Of a stretch of DNA of 30,782 bases, positions 5,295 through 16,098 are shown piece after piece. Both the position numbers and the translations under genes were made by a program. Within the stretch, counting starts at the first letter, position 1. Each line of letters opens with the position of its first letter. The notes under the pieces were generated by a model. It made no database searches, had not been told where the DNA came from, and saw only the letters and a program-made list of their open reading frames with translations. This DNA comes from Minisyncoccota bacterium (GTDB lineage: Bacteria > Patescibacteriota > Minisyncoccia > Phycocordibacterales > UBA5272). The stretch spans positions 1 to 30,782 of the forward strand of contig JAYTIW010000037.1 in the NCBI GenBank assembly GCA_043731575.1, in the 5' to 3' direction.

Positions 5295-7295
5295 ATGTCA
5301 GATCACGACGCTCCACAAAAAGTAACTTATATCGGTAAAGTTGATTTTCGAAATAAAGAACTAAAGTTTGGAATCAAAGAAAAAGATAGAACACGGCATA
5401 CCTATGTGATAGGTAAGACTGGAATGGGAAAGTCAACCTTTTTAGAAAATCTTGCCATTCAAGATATCAATAATGGTGAAGGTTTGTGTGTGCTAGACCC
5501 TCACGGCTCGATGGCAGAGAAGTTATTGGATCATATTCCAGAGTCACGTATTAAGGATGTCGTTTATTTTGCACCATTTGATGGTGATCATCCGATTGGG
5601 TTAAATGTTCTTGAAAAAGTTGAGCCAGATAAGAGATATCTTGTTGCTAACGGCGTGATGGCTGCATTTAAAAAGTTGTTCAAGGACCAGTTTTCTTCAC
5701 GTATGGAGTACATCCTTAATAATATTATTTTGGCACTCCTTGAGAATGATGGCCAGTCACTTCTTGGTGTTAACCGAATGTTAATTGATAAAGAATATCG
5801 CAAGAGTATTGTCGCAAATGTAACTGACCCAACCGTAAAAGATTTTTGGGAAAAAGAGTACGCGAACTATACTGATAAGTTCGCAGCAGAAGCAGCTCCT
5901 GCAATACAAAATAAAGTTGGACAATTCGTGGCTAATCCACTTATTCGAAATATTATTGGACAAAAGAAAACATCATTTGATATTCGTACATTGATGGATG
6001 AAAAAAAGATTCTCATCGTGAACCTCTCAAAAGGAAAAGTAGGAGAGGGAAATGCGAACCTTATTGGGTCGCTCCTTGTGACTAAGATTTATTTAGCTGC
6101 GATGTCTCGTGCTGATGCTGGTCCGTATGAGCTTGAAAAGCTTCCACCATTTTATTTCTATGTGGATGAGTTCCAGAACTTCGCCAACGAATCGTTTGCT
6201 TCTATCTTATCTGAAGCGCGTAAGTACAACCTCGCTCTCACAGTTGCGCACCAGTATGTCGAGCAAATGGAAGATGAGGTGAAGGCTGCAGTATTTGGTA
6301 ACGTAGGCACCATGATTGTCTTTCGTGTGGGAGCAACAGATGCTGAGATTTTTGAAAAAGAATTTGCACCAACATTTATCATGGACGATATTGTTAATCT
6401 TTCAGCACACCAGATATACCTTCGTCTCATGATTGACGGGGTTGGATCTGCGCCATTTTCTGCCCGTACACTTAATCCTGTGCAACAACCAGCAAGTTCA
6501 TTTGCTCAAGCAATCATTGCACACTCACGAGCAGCTTATGGGCGACCACGTTTCGCAGTAGAAGAAGAAATTGTTGCATTCTATACACCTGTAAAAAAAG
6601 AAGAAAAGCCCCGCGAAGCACGGCCTGAACAAACAGAGAAAGCTGTGTTTGTAGAAAAGAAAAGAGAGCCATACCAACCCCATTCCCCGATATCAAGATA
6701 TCCAATTCCAGATCAGAACATTACGCAAGGAAAAGAAGAAGCTCCTCAACAAGAAAAACCTGCAAAGACTGAACGAGAAGAGCGGGATCTTCGTGTTAGG
6801 AAAATTACCGACGAGACGCCACTTCCTCCGCGCAGAATTGATCCTAAACGAGAAGATGAGTCAAAGAAAGAAAAAATAATTCAAGAAAGGTATTCTGAAA
6901 CCAGAAAAATTGAAGAAGCTTTCCACAAACCTCCACAAGGAGGTCAAAGGACTAAACTTCCATACAAAGAAGAAAGAAGTCGCAAACAAGAAAGTCCTCT
7001 TAAAAATATTTCTGTTCCAACGTTTGATGACAAGCCCGCGCTTTCCCTTAAAGACGCTTTAGCAAAAGCGCTCAGCGAGCATATGCCTGAAAGTACAAAA
7101 AAATCAGATGAACAGATTGTGAGTGAACCTATTCATGAAGGTGTTAAGAATGAAGAGATTGTGCGTGAGAGTTTTTCACCAAAAAAACCAATACAAACCT
7201 ATGATGATGATACAAAAAAATACAATGAAGCAATAGAACTTAAAGTACGAAAAGAAATTGACGAAGAGATTTTACGAAAACTCTTAGAAGACTAA
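5295..7295 (+). CDS. VirD4/TraG/TrwB-like (type IV coupling protein / HerA-FtsK family) ATPase with a long charged C-terminal tail
   Basis: Walker A GKTGMGKS, LDPHG, Walker B FYFYVDEFQNF, LSEARKY, HQY, AVFGNVGT. The last ~230 aa are E/K/P/R-rich and low-complexity. Confidence 0.88.
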   Translation: MSDHDAPQKVTYIGKVDFRNKELKFGIKEKDRTRHTYVIGKTGMGKSTFLENLAIQDINNGEGLCVLDPHGSMAEKLLDHIPESRIKDVVYFAPFDGDHPIGLNVLEKVEPDKRYLVANGVMAAFKKLFKDQFSSRMEYILNNIILALLENDGQSLLGVNRMLIDKEYRKSIVANVTDPTVKDFWEKEYANYTDKFAAEAAPAIQNKVGQFVANPLIRNIIGQKKTSFDIRTLMDEKKILIVNLSKGKVGEGNANLIGSLLVTKIYLAAMSRADAGPYELEKLPPFYFYVDEFQNFANESFASILSEARKYNLALTVAHQYVEQMEDEVKAAVFGNVGTMIVFRVGATDAEIFEKEFAPTFIMDDIVNLSAHQIYLRLMIDGVGSAPFSARTLNPVQQPASSFAQAIIAHSRAAYGRPRFAVEEEIVAFYTPVKKEEKPREARPEQTEKAVFVEKKREPYQPHSPISRYPIPDQNITQGKEEAPQQEKPAKTEREERDLRVRKITDETPLPPRRIDPKREDESKKEKIIQERYSETRKIEEAFHKPPQGGQRTKLPYKEERSRKQESPLKNISVPTFDDKPALSLKDALAKALSEHMPESTKKSDEQIVSEPIHEGVKNEEIVRESFSPKKPIQTYDDDTKKYNEAIELKVRKEIDEEILRKLLED

Positions 7296-7305
7296 CTACA
7301 CTTGT

Positions 7306-8613
7306 ATGAAAAGACTTATTTCTCTCCTTCTCTTAATTCAAGCAACAGTGTCTCTTCATGCGCTTGTTATTAATGAAGTAATGTCTAATCCAATAGGGGA
7401 TGATGGCGGTCGTGAATGGATAGAAGTATATAACAACACTGAGAGTGATATTGACATAGCCTCGCTCACTATTTCTATTAAAGGAGCTTCCTTTATTCCT
7501 GTGACACCAGTAGCTGGAGGTACGATTATTACTAGTCATGGGTATGGGATTATTGGGTCTACAGTGAGTGGTACAACTAGGTTTATGCAAGACTACGGAA
7601 CGTATAGTGGTCTACTTTTTAGAAGCGCTATCAGTTTAGTAAATACTGGTGTGACTTCAATTGAACTTAAATTACAAGGAGTTACAATTGACACCCTTGC
7701 ATCGTACACAGCAGCCAAAGAAGGGAGTACGTACTCTTTGATTGGAGGAAGTTTCATTACAGGTGCCCCATCTCCTGGGGTAGAGAATAAGACGGTAACA
7801 TCAGAAGAAGATACTCCAATTACAACTAAAACGACAGGGAATCAAGCGACGCTTCCACAGGCCTCTCCTCCATCAGCTGATATTGTGCTTTATCTTCCTA
7901 CAGAAAAAACTGTTGTTGCCGGAGCTCCATCGCTTTTTTCGGCATCAAGCATGACTCACGCTGGTAAAGCTATTAGTGATATGTTGTATACATGGGCATT
8001 TGGTGATGGCGGACAAAGTACAGGTAGCTCAACATTGTATCGATATCTGTATCCTGGACGGTACGTTGCTCAAGTGGAAGGAACTAATGGGTTAGTAGCT
8101 GGTACTGGTAGAATGATTGTGAGAGTCGTCTCTCCAGATATTTCAATATCAAATATTGGGTCAGGAAAATATGGAAACTATATTGATATAAAAAATCCAA
8201 ACACCTACGACTTAGATATTTCATCGTGGAAGATAATGATAGATGGAGCTCCATTTTCATTTCCTAAAAACACACTTCTCGCAAATGGTGTCACTAGATT
8301 CACAGGAGTAGCCATGGGGTTCGCCAGTACAACAGTGTCCTCAAGCACACTCATTAAACTTCTTTTCCCAAACATGGACGAAGTGCTAAGGCTGTATCAA
8401 AGTGAGATAGTAAGTAGTTCATCTACAGCAGAGCAAAAGATAGCCCAAGTACAAGTGTTGCCTAGGCTGAAAATACCAAAACAACGTATTGTAAAAAATA
8501 CCCCCACTGCAACCTCTTCTAGTAGTACGTCTACCCAAATGAACACTATTTTTAAAAGTACAAAAAAAGATGTTCGCCTAGCTACGTTTATGCGCTCACT
8601 CTTTGGTAAATAG
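7306..8613 (+). CDS. Secreted lamin-tail-domain (LTD) + PKD-domain surface protein
   Basis: Signal peptide; LVINEVMSNP..D...EWIEVYN (LTD); YTWAFGDG...Y.YLYPGRY (PKD); second LTD-like YIDIKNPNTYDLDISSWKI. Confidence 0.82.
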   Translation: MKRLISLLLLIQATVSLHALVINEVMSNPIGDDGGREWIEVYNNTESDIDIASLTISIKGASFIPVTPVAGGTIITSHGYGIIGSTVSGTTRFMQDYGTYSGLLFRSAISLVNTGVTSIELKLQGVTIDTLASYTAAKEGSTYSLIGGSFITGAPSPGVENKTVTSEEDTPITTKTTGNQATLPQASPPSADIVLYLPTEKTVVAGAPSLFSASSMTHAGKAISDMLYTWAFGDGGQSTGSSTLYRYLYPGRYVAQVEGTNGLVAGTGRMIVRVVSPDISISNIGSGKYGNYIDIKNPNTYDLDISSWKIMIDGAPFSFPKNTLLANGVTRFTGVAMGFASTTVSSSTLIKLLFPNMDEVLRLYQSEIVSSSSTAEQKIAQVQVLPRLKIPKQRIVKNTPTATSSSSTSTQMNTIFKSTKKDVRLATFMRSLFGK

Positions 8614-8643
8614 CATTAGTGATATACTTAATAAAATAAGATT

Positions 8644-9450
8644 ATGATAACAGTTGCACTACAAGGGGGACTAGGTAATCAATTATTTCAGTATGCGTAT
8701 GGGCGAGCACGTATGGCAGAGGGGAAGGATGTGGTTTTTGATATTAGTTTTTTTGAGACGAATACCAAGTATACAAAAAGAGAGTATCTTCTTGGTAACT
8801 TTTTAATAGGAGATTCAATTAAAATTACACAAGAGCATCCAAAACAAAATCTACTTATAAGGATTATTAATAAGATAGATGTCACACGACGCGTACGATA
8901 TTCACAAGCAAATCTAAAAAAAGATAACAATTTTGCAGACGGGTATTATGTATCAGAAAAATATTTTGTGAAGATACGAGATGTCATTCTTAAAGAAGTG
9001 GTGCTAAGAAACAAGAGTGACAAGTATAAAGAATGGGAGCAAAAGATTCTCAGTGCAAAGAATCCTCTTATGGTTCACGCGCGACGTACAGATCATATTC
9101 TTAATAAAACATTCACTCGTATTGAGGCACCATATTATCAAGAAGCTTTGAAACACTTTGATGAAGACTGTGAAATTTTTGGTTTTTCTGACGACGCTAA
9201 GTGGTTACAAGATACAATCAAGCACCCTGTTACGATGGTGAGTGGTCAGGGGTTTACTGACTACGAGGAACTTATGCTCATGTCATTAGGCAAAAACTTT
9301 ATTATTGCGAACAGTACCTATTCTTGGTGGGGGGCATGGCTTTCTACGCATCAAGACAAAAAAATTGTTGCACCTAAAAAATGGTACGCTTCGATATTTT
9401 GGACATGGCCAAATCAGGATATAGAATTTGACGGATGGGTAAGAATATAG
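8644..9450 (+). CDS. Alpha-1,2-fucosyltransferase family (GT11)
   Basis: GGLGNQLFQYA, VHARRTD (HxRRxD), FSDD, IIANSTYSWWGAWL. Confidence 0.92.
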   Translation: MITVALQGGLGNQLFQYAYGRARMAEGKDVVFDISFFETNTKYTKREYLLGNFLIGDSIKITQEHPKQNLLIRIINKIDVTRRVRYSQANLKKDNNFADGYYVSEKYFVKIRDVILKEVVLRNKSDKYKEWEQKILSAKNPLMVHARRTDHILNKTFTRIEAPYYQEALKHFDEDCEIFGFSDDAKWLQDTIKHPVTMVSGQGFTDYEELMLMSLGKNFIIANSTYSWWGAWLSTHQDKKIVAPKKWYASIFWTWPNQDIEFDGWVRI

Positions 9451-9499
9451 TCGAATTTACCCTTATGAATAAGGGTTATTCTTGTGATACACTATAAAG

Positions 9500-10876
9500 A
9501 TGTATTCAGTTATTTTATGTGGTGGGGCAGGAACACGATTGTGGCCACTTTCTAGAAAGAGCTATTCTAAACAGTTTTTAAGTTTGTATAGTGAAAACTC
9601 TCTTATTCAAGAAACTTTTTTTAGAATGAAAGGGCTTATGCCAACGTCTCATATTTTTGTCGTTACAGGGAAAGATGGTTATTTTGAGGTTTTACGTCAA
9701 CTGCAGGAAGTCGATGAACATTTTGACGCGAAACAAATCCTTGTTGAGCCGGTAGCTTTAAATACTGCACCAGCAATAACTTACGCGATTAAGCATCTTG
9801 TAGAAATAGTGCACGTTCCACCCGATACTACTGTCATGATCGCACCTTCTGATCACTATATTGCAGATAGTGGAATATATACTAAAATTGTTCAGGATTT
9901 TGCGCTTACTATTGGTCAATACATTGGAACTATTGGTATCACCCCAACAAAGCCAGAAACTGGCTATGGGTATATCAAGAAGGGTAATTTTCTTAAACCG
10001 TATCACGCAGTTACTGAATTTAAAGAGAAGCCAAGTCAAGAAGTTGCAAAGAGTTATCTAGACACAGGTGCATATGTTTGGAATTCCGGAATGTATCTTT
10101 TTGCTATTGAAACATTTATTCAGGAACTTAAAAAACATGCTCCTAGTATTCATTCGCACTTTAAAAAGGACATGAAGACATTCCTCTTAGATTTTTCTTT
10201 AATGCCATCTATATCAATTGATTATGCACTATCTGAGAAGTCAGATAAAGTAGTTGTGTATGAGGGGGATTTTGGTTGGAATGATATAGGATCATTTGAT
10301 AGCCTTGCTGAACTTAACGGAGATAAAGAAGATAAAAGACATATCAACATAGATTCTCATAATATTTTTATCCATAATGGAAATAATAAAGTCATCGCTA
10401 CAATTGGCGTAGATGACTTAAATATTATTGATACAAAAGATGGGTTACTCATCAAAAAAAGAGGAACAGGGGAGGATGTGAAGCGTGTTGTTGAGAAGAT
10501 GAAAGAGCTTAAGATGAAAGAAGTTGATCATAGTCTTCTAGGATACCGTCCATGGGGAAAGTATGAGGTGCTTGTCGATATGCCAAATCATAAAGTAAAA
10601 AAGATAACAGTCTATCCAGGCGGAAGACTTTCTCTCCAGTCTCACACAAAAAGATCTGAGCATTGGGTTGTTGTTAAGGGGACAGCAGGAGTAACCCATG
10701 GAGAGAATTACATTCTTCTTGGCGAAAATGAGAGCACTTACATACCGTCTGCTACAAAACACCGCCTTGAGAACAAAGGGGAAGGGTTACTTGAGGTAAT
10801 AGAGGTGCAAACAGGCGGTTACCTGGAAGAAGACGACATTGTGCGATTTGACGACGAGTATGGTAGAGTGGATTGA
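9500..10876 (+). CDS. manC: Mannose-1-phosphate guanylyltransferase / mannose-6-phosphate isomerase
   Basis: ILCGGAGTRLWPLSR, EPVALNTAPAI, PSDH, PETGYGYI, WNSGMYLF, SIDYA, WNDIGS; C-terminal cupin RPWGKY...LSLQSH...SEHWVVV. Confidence 0.96.
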   Translation: MYSVILCGGAGTRLWPLSRKSYSKQFLSLYSENSLIQETFFRMKGLMPTSHIFVVTGKDGYFEVLRQLQEVDEHFDAKQILVEPVALNTAPAITYAIKHLVEIVHVPPDTTVMIAPSDHYIADSGIYTKIVQDFALTIGQYIGTIGITPTKPETGYGYIKKGNFLKPYHAVTEFKEKPSQEVAKSYLDTGAYVWNSGMYLFAIETFIQELKKHAPSIHSHFKKDMKTFLLDFSLMPSISIDYALSEKSDKVVVYEGDFGWNDIGSFDSLAELNGDKEDKRHINIDSHNIFIHNGNNKVIATIGVDDLNIIDTKDGLLIKKRGTGEDVKRVVEKMKELKMKEVDHSLLGYRPWGKYEVLVDMPNHKVKKITVYPGGRLSLQSHTKRSEHWVVVKGTAGVTHGENYILLGENESTYIPSATKHRLENKGEGLLEVIEVQTGGYLEEDDIVRFDDEYGRVD

Positions 10877-10885
10877 CGAAAAGTC

Positions 10886-11893
10886 ATGTATTTTACTATT
10901 TTAGACCTGTTTCGCTTTTTCTCTGCAATCGGTGTATTTTTCCACCACACGTTTCTTTTCCATTATGGGAGATTAGGGATATATCTCTTTTTTATGATTT
11001 CAGGGTTTGTGATTTATTTTAGCCTTAATAAAGGTGTTAAAGAATACATTGTTGGGAGATTTGTAAGGTTGTATCCAACGTTTTGGATATGTGCGACTAT
11101 TACCTTTTTAGTAACACTTGTATATGGTAACGCTATAGCAATTAAACATTACCTTATCGGGTTACTTATGTTTAATAGTGGGCACATGGAGACTATGATC
11201 GATGGGTCGTACTGGACGCTTACCTTTGAGCTTCTTTTTTATTTTTATATCGGTGTTTTTGTTTGGCTTTTTACAACAAAGAGACTGGCGTGGTTCTACA
11301 CTTCTTGGCTCCTCATTTCTTTTTTTAGTTTTTATTTTGCAGTAGATCAGGTATTTTTCTTTAAGTTATTAAGTGTTCGTTTTGCGCCATATTTTATTTT
11401 TGGAGGAGTACTTGCTCTTATCGTCGACAAATGGGACACGGTTAAATTGAAAAGTAAAATTTTGTACTCAACAGTTCTTCTAGGCTCTTGGCTTATGCCT
11501 ATCTACATCAGTAGCAAGCTACAAGATCAAAAAGAAACCATTACCAACTTTACAGGAAGCTTTGATAAAGGAGAACTTGTTATTGTAGAGGTACTTTTCA
11601 CAGTTATGTTCCTCGGTGTATTCCTTTCTCGTTTTGATTTTGCAACTAATAAATGTTTTGCGAAGATCGCTCTTACTTTAGGGAGTATTACATACCCACT
11701 CTACCTCCTTCATTGGAAAATAGGGGACACTATTATTTCTCATTACAATAATGCATATGGTGTTATCACGAATTTTTCGATAGCCGTAGCTGTACTTATC
11801 ATCATAGTCTCATATTTTATTTCCATTTACGATATACCACTTCGAAAATCAATCAAGAAAAAAATAGAAAAATTTCTATCACACCCCACGTAA
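10886..11893 (+). CDS. Acyltransferase family 3 (membrane O-acyltransferase, OafA-like)
   Basis: [48 protein letters not shown]; multiple TM helices. Confidence 0.9.
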   Translation: MYFTILDLFRFFSAIGVFFHHTFLFHYGRLGIYLFFMISGFVIYFSLNKGVKEYIVGRFVRLYPTFWICATITFLVTLVYGNAIAIKHYLIGLLMFNSGHMETMIDGSYWTLTFELLFYFYIGVFVWLFTTKRLAWFYTSWLLISFFSFYFAVDQVFFFKLLSVRFAPYFIFGGVLALIVDKWDTVKLKSKILYSTVLLGSWLMPIYISSKLQDQKETITNFTGSFDKGELVIVEVLFTVMFLGVFLSRFDFATNKCFAKIALTLGSITYPLYLLHWKIGDTIISHYNNAYGVITNFSIAVAVLIIIVSYFISIYDIPLRKSIKKKIEKFLSHPT

Positions 11894-12829
11894 ATTATTA
11901 CTCTTTAACTCTTCAAGAAATGATTCATAAGTCAGTTCTAATCCTTTGGTTACTTCAGTCATATGTGTCCATCCTAAATCATGTATCTTTTCAACATCAA
12001 GTAACTTTCGTGGAGTGCCGTCAGGTTTAGTCGTGTCAAAGATTATTTCTCCAGTATAACCAACAATATTTTTAATTATATAAGCCACTTCTTTTATTGT
12101 TATATCAGTTCCAGTACCTACGTTGACTATTTCTCGATCATTATAGTTTTCCATAAGGAAGAGAGAAGCATTTGCTAGATCGTCCACATGAAGAAACTCT
12201 CGCATAGGAGATCCTGTTCCCCATAGAGTGACTGTCGGTAATCCTTGAATCTTTGCCTCGTGGAATTTACGTATTATCGCAGGAATGACGTGGGAATTTT
12301 GTAAGTCATAGTTATCCTTTGGTCCGTAGAGATTTGTCGGCATAAGACTGATAAAGTTGTCACCATATTGATCTCTGTAAGCTTGGCATAATTTTATTCC
12401 GGCTATTTTTGCTATAGCATAAAATTCATTACTTGGCTCAAGAGCTCCTTGAAGGAGTTCATCTTCTTTTATAGGCTGTTTTGCGAATTTTGGATAAATA
12501 CAAGAAGAGCCTAAAAATAAAAGTTTCTTAACCTTGTTTAGATGTGCTGCATGAATAATATTTGTTTCTATTATTAAATTTTCATAAATAAAATCTGCTC
12601 GGAAGGTGTTGTTTGCCATAATTCCACCAACTTTAGCAGCTGCAAGGAACACATATTCTGGTTGCTCATCTTTAAAAAAAGAATTGACGGATGCTTGATT
12701 CGTCAGATCCACTTCCTCTCTTCTTTTTGTAATAATTTTGTTAAATCCAAGTTTTTTTAGATTTCTTAAAATAGCATCACCGACCATACCACGATGACCT
12801 GCTATAAATATTTTTGAGTCTTTTCGCAT
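11879..12829 (-). CDS. fcl: GDP-L-fucose synthase
   Basis: [65 protein letters not shown]. Confidence 0.96.
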   Translation of the reverse strand: MRKDSKIFIAGHRGMVGDAILRNLKKLGFNKIITKRREEVDLTNQASVNSFFKDEQPEYVFLAAAKVGGIMANNTFRADFIYENLIIETNIIHAAHLNKVKKLLFLGSSCIYPKFAKQPIKEDELLQGALEPSNEFYAIAKIAGIKLCQAYRDQYGDNFISLMPTNLYGPKDNYDLQNSHVIPAIIRKFHEAKIQGLPTVTLWGTGSPMREFLHVDDLANASLFLMENYNDREIVNVGTGTDITIKEVAYIIKNIVGYTGEIIFDTTKPDGTPRKLLDVEKIHDLGWTHMTEVTKGLELTYESFLEELKSNNLRGV

Positions 12830-12832
12830 TGT

Positions 12833-13900
12833 TTATTTTTTAAACCCCCCATTAAGTATATGCTTTTCTCTTCTTGCATGTTCAAGGTCATGTTCCATCA
12901 TCTCAGTTACTATTTCCATTATAGAAGTTTTCGGTTTCCATTGTAGTTCTTTTGCAGCTTTTAAAGCATCCCCAAGTAGCGTTTCAACCTCTGCTGGCCT
13001 ATAATAAACAGGATCAATTCGTACACGGATCGTATTTGTTTTAATTTCAACCCCTATCTCATCTAAGCCTTGTCCTTCCCAACGTAAGTCGCGGTTAACA
13101 TGATTAAATGCCCATCCAACAAACTCTCGCACACTGTATTGTTCACCGGTAGAGATTACGAAGTCATCTGGGATGTCATGTTGCATTATTTTCCACATTG
13201 CTTCAACGTAGTCCCTTGCATGTCCCCAATCACGTTTAGCATCCAAGTTACCAAGGTAGAGCACATCCTCTAATTCGTGATGAATACGTGAGACTGCTCT
13301 GGTTATTTTTTTTGTCACAAATGTCTCCCCTCGGTAAGGGCTCTCATGGTTAAAAAGAATTCCATTTGTTGCGAACATTCCGTAACTCTCTCTGTAGTTT
13401 TTTGTTATCCAGTAGCCAAATAATTTAGCAACACCATATGGACTTCGTGGATGAAAAGGAGTTAACTCATGTTGAGGTATCTCACGTACTTGTCCAAACA
13501 TTTCTGATGATGAGGCTTGGTAGAATTTAGTTGTTTTTGTTAGTCCACAAATACGAATAGCTTCAAGTAATCTTAATACTCCCATAGCATCAACATCTGC
13601 CGTATATTCTGGATTTTCAAATGATACTTTTACGTGAGATTGTGCACCAAGGTTATAAATTTCATCTGGTTTAACTTTAGCGATGATACTAATCAAGCTT
13701 GATGTGTCAGTAAGGTCACCAAAGTGAAGAAAAAATTTCGTATCCCCATGTTTATCTTTATAGATATCATCAATACGAGCAGTGTTAAAGAGAGATGTGC
13801 GGCGTTTAATGCCGTGCACTTCATAGCCTTTATCGAGTAAAAAACGAGCAAGATACGCCCCATCTTGCCCGGTTATTCCTGTAATAAGAGCTTTTTTCAT
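12833..13900 (-). CDS. gmd: GDP-mannose 4,6-dehydratase
   Basis: [68 protein letters not shown]. Confidence 0.98.
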   Translation of the reverse strand: MKKALITGITGQDGAYLARFLLDKGYEVHGIKRRTSLFNTARIDDIYKDKHGDTKFFLHFGDLTDTSSLISIIAKVKPDEIYNLGAQSHVKVSFENPEYTADVDAMGVLRLLEAIRICGLTKTTKFYQASSSEMFGQVREIPQHELTPFHPRSPYGVAKLFGYWITKNYRESYGMFATNGILFNHESPYRGETFVTKKITRAVSRIHHELEDVLYLGNLDAKRDWGHARDYVEAMWKIMQHDIPDDFVISTGEQYSVREFVGWAFNHVNRDLRWEGQGLDEIGVEIKTNTIRVRIDPVYYRPAEVETLLGDALKAAKELQWKPKTSIMEIVTEMMEHDLEHARREKHILNGGFKK

Positions 13901-14081
13901 TGTTCACCTATAGTAGCACGATTTAAAGCGTTGTTCAAAAATGGGGTTATTACGACCATAGACTCAAATCTGATGATGTACTTGGTGTGTTAAATTTTAA
14001 CCCACCTTATCGTTTTTGTAGGTGCTACTGAACTAAAAAAGAAAAGTTTTTTCTGTACAGAAAACCTTTCTGCGTATGTTT

Positions 14082-15131
14082 TTACTTTTTTGAAAAATAG
14101 AAATACTTAAGATTTTCTAAAAATTTAATTTTTTTAAATGGTCTATATAGTGTTGCCAGTGTCTTAAGAATACGAGATTGTCTTTTTGTGTATTTCTCTA
14201 TAAGACGTTCATGATTTCTGTAGAGTGTTGCCCTGACAGGGTTAATGGTATTTCTTTTTGCTTTCGCTAAAGGCTGATCAATTATCTTGTTGAGAAAGGT
14301 CTCAAATCCTTCCTTAACTTCTTTAAAGTCATAAGTAGCAGCAGCCACTGGTTCGTGTAGTGTTTTTAAGTAGAGTTCGTCGTTAGAGTCCAGTTCTTTG
14401 ACTCTTTCTAAGACTTGATCGAATGATTCGTAGTCATGACAGTTGATAAATCTTTTAGTATTAAATTCTCGAGAGATGTGTGGGTTGCCCCAGTAAATAG
14501 GGATAGTATTTGCTGCGATACCATTTACCAGTTTTTCTGTCGTGTATCCTGAGCGTGAAGAGTTTTCAAAAGCGATTGTGAACTTATGCTTCATCTCGTA
14601 CTCTAATTTATTTTTTACTTTTGCTCCACCTATGTTGTTAAGATATGACCCAGCGGCATTTACTTTTTTATAAGTACTCAGTGTTTCAAAAATAAGTTTA
14701 CGTTCGATATCACTTCTGTAATTTGAGTAAATAAAACTACAAAATTCTGTTTTAGTAGCAAGATTTTCTCTAGTAAAGGTTGTGTTTTTCTGTAAGTAGT
14801 TCTCACCAGCTAGGAGTAGTTCCTCCTTGGTGTAAAATACAGCCACTAGATAGAGAGGCATTCTGTAATACCTATCTTCGAATGTTAGATAATCAAAACC
14901 TACAGCATAGTCACAAAGGTTAAAGTTAGGGGAGGTATTTTCACCTGTATAAAAAATTTTAATACAGTCGTAGCGATGATGGTCAAAAGTTGACTCGTTA
15001 TAAAAAAGATACTCAGGGTCTTCTGAAAGCTCTACAGTATAAGATTTTTGAAGTGTGCTGAGAATAAAGTAACTATATGCAAAGGTATCAGTTACGCTGT
15101 GTCCACAAATTTTTACTCGTATTGTTTTCAT
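14082..15131 (-). CDS. Alpha-1,3/4-fucosyltransferase family (GT10, FucT-like)
   Basis: FYTGEN, DYAVGFD, FCSFIYSN, AGSYLNNIG, KFTIAFENS..GYTTEKL, IPIYWG. Confidence 0.9.
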   Translation of the reverse strand: MKTIRVKICGHSVTDTFAYSYFILSTLQKSYTVELSEDPEYLFYNESTFDHHRYDCIKIFYTGENTSPNFNLCDYAVGFDYLTFEDRYYRMPLYLVAVFYTKEELLLAGENYLQKNTTFTRENLATKTEFCSFIYSNYRSDIERKLIFETLSTYKKVNAAGSYLNNIGGAKVKNKLEYEMKHKFTIAFENSSRSGYTTEKLVNGIAANTIPIYWGNPHISREFNTKRFINCHDYESFDQVLERVKELDSNDELYLKTLHEPVAAATYDFKEVKEGFETFLNKIIDQPLAKAKRNTINPVRATLYRNHERLIEKYTKRQSRILKTLATLYRPFKKIKFLENLKYFYFSKK

Positions 15132-15142
15132 ATGGTTTTTAC

Positions 15143-16078
15143 TTATCTTATGGTTGCTATAATCTGACTTAGATACTTCGAGTCAGTACATTCTTCTGGG
15201 TTTCTTTCATTGATTTCATTAAAGTATTTATAGGGTACTCGTACCTGATGCTTTTCTTTTCTTAAAAACATTTCGTACTCCATATCAATATGTCCTATGT
15301 CAACGACTCTATACCCAAGAAGAAAGAGGTCGTACGCTATTACTTTTGCTGTAGGCCCAAGTGAAAGTAGCACAAACTTGTCCTTACTTTCCTCCATAAC
15401 CCGCTCTTCTATTTCTTTATAGTTTGTATAAGCGTTTTCTGGAGGACATAAAATTCTCTGTACAGACTTAGTGTTCTCAAATAAGTCATTCCCAACCCCA
15501 AGCCTGCTTTTTATTCCTTCAATGAGAATGACATCTTTGTCTCTCCAAATCTCTTTTATTTTTTTAAAAAGTACATCTGCATGTGTCTTGTCTTTATAGG
15601 CAAGGTAGTGTCTCGTCACGTTTGTGTCACCATATATCTTGTCATACGACAATAACGTTGTCCAAACATGATTGTACCTGTAGATGTGGTGCATGATGAA
15701 ATGGTATGCATAGTTAGAAAAAATACCAAGATTTCCCCACATACCTGGAATACAAATAAGCAACCCACTGTCCTTTGCTTGTAAAATATGTTCTAGCTTT
15801 TCTGAAAGCTCATCACTTCTTTTTTGAAAAGGGAGATCTATTCCATCTATGAGAGATATTTCTCCATCTCCAAAACGAATAACTGAAAGATCTTTTTCTA
15901 AAATAGTATCGATCGTTTTTTCTATGGAAAGTATATTTGGTTTTTTATTATGTGGTCGTATATACAACCTGTCTATATAATATAGGTATGCAAGAATAGG
16001 TCCTATCTTTTGGCGCATTTCAATAGAAGTTTTATTTCTCAGTACCTCTATTACTTTTTGATGTAATGGTTTTTTCAT
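15143..16078 (-). CDS. GT-D-fold glycosyltransferase (DUF1792 family)
   Basis: SVIRFGDGE, SRLGVGNDLF, CPPENAY, LSLGPTAKV, DIGHIDMEYE. Confidence 0.88.
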   Translation of the reverse strand: MKKPLHQKVIEVLRNKTSIEMRQKIGPILAYLYYIDRLYIRPHNKKPNILSIEKTIDTILEKDLSVIRFGDGEISLIDGIDLPFQKRSDELSEKLEHILQAKDSGLLICIPGMWGNLGIFSNYAYHFIMHHIYRYNHVWTTLLSYDKIYGDTNVTRHYLAYKDKTHADVLFKKIKEIWRDKDVILIEGIKSRLGVGNDLFENTKSVQRILCPPENAYTNYKEIEERVMEESKDKFVLLSLGPTAKVIAYDLFLLGYRVVDIGHIDMEYEMFLRKEKHQVRVPYKYFNEINERNPEECTDSKYLSQIIATIR

Positions 16079-16098
16079 AAAGCACAGTACACTTGTAT

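Noticed and set aside
5295-7295. Conjugative element / ICE
   Set aside because: No relaxase, VirB4, integrase or att boundaries around the ATPase, and it is flanked by chromosomal-type genes.
13902-14033. Short inverted blocks (AGTAGCAC/GTGCTACT, GTTCA/TGAAC) upstream of gmd as a riboswitch-like leader or JUMPstart/ops element
   Set aside because: Only 5-8 bp matches, no GGCGGTAG ops motif, and one arm coincides with the probable extended -10 box of gmd, so it would not be transcribed with the gene.
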